64,000 bases of DNA from Felis catus. Taxonomy: Eukaryota. A program made the position numbers and the translations under genes. Location: assembly GCF_018350175.1 (NCBI RefSeq), contig NC_058368.1, forward strand, positions 25,050,001 to 25,114,000, given 5' to 3'. Shown here in pieces: positions 63,657 through 64,000 of the stretch (position 1 is the first letter of the stretch; every line of letters begins with the position of its first letter). The notes below the pieces were generated by a model. It was not told the origin of the DNA. It saw only the letters and a program-made list of their open reading frames with translations, and did no database searches.

Positions 63657-64000
63657 TTGGAAAACAGTGCGGAGGTTCCTCAAAAAGTTAAAAATAGATC
63701 TACCCTGTGACCCAGCAATAGCACTGCTAGGAATTTACCCAAGGGATACAGGAGTGCTGATGCATAGGGGCACACGTACCCCCCATGTTTATAGCAGCAC
63801 TTTCAACAACAGCCCAATGATGGAAAGAGCCTAAATGTCCATTGACTGATAAATGGATAAAGATGTGGTTTACATATACATTGGAATACTACTTGGCAAG
63901 GATAAAGAATGAAATCCGGCCATTTGCAGTAACATGGATGGAACTGGAGGGTATTATGCTAAGTGAAATAAGTCGGGCAGAGAAAGACTGATAGCATTTG
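63657..64000 (+). mobile_element. 5'-truncated young felid L1 ORF2 end, running off the window
   Basis: Highly similar to 6847-7190 (WKTVRRFLKKLKIDLPCDPAIALLGIYP). Confidence 0.92.

Overview
Mammalian genomic DNA, most likely a felid: the SINEs match the cat-type CAN-SINE (SINEC_Fc-like) head/(CT)n/poly-A design and the young LINE-1s look like cat L1. I found no recognisable host protein-coding exon, rRNA, true tRNA gene, NUMT or CRISPR array, so the window reads as intergenic or deep-intronic. Bases 1-12.6 kb, 20-27 kb and 54.4-64 kb are stacks of nested, dead L1s, including one full-length 6.5-kb copy with a clear TSD. About 35 CAN-SINEs, several solo LTRs, hAT/Tigger fossils and MIR/L2 remnants are scattered throughout. 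All long ORFs in the track are L1 fragments, SINE read-through or low-complexity artefacts. I did not find a new biological system. The most notable items are: a near-consensus REST/NRSF RE1 site beside a retained CpG run, plus a wide-spacer RE1 candidate; an ~835-bp polypurine/G-quadruplex tract grown out of a SINE microsatellite; a compact, multiply deleted L1 retrocopy; repeated insertions at the same site in independent MER5A and L1 copies; short 3' transductions; inverted SINE pairs, one of them collapsed; and a GC/CpG-gain domain suggestive of biased gene conversion. Repeat family names are from recall, not from a database search.
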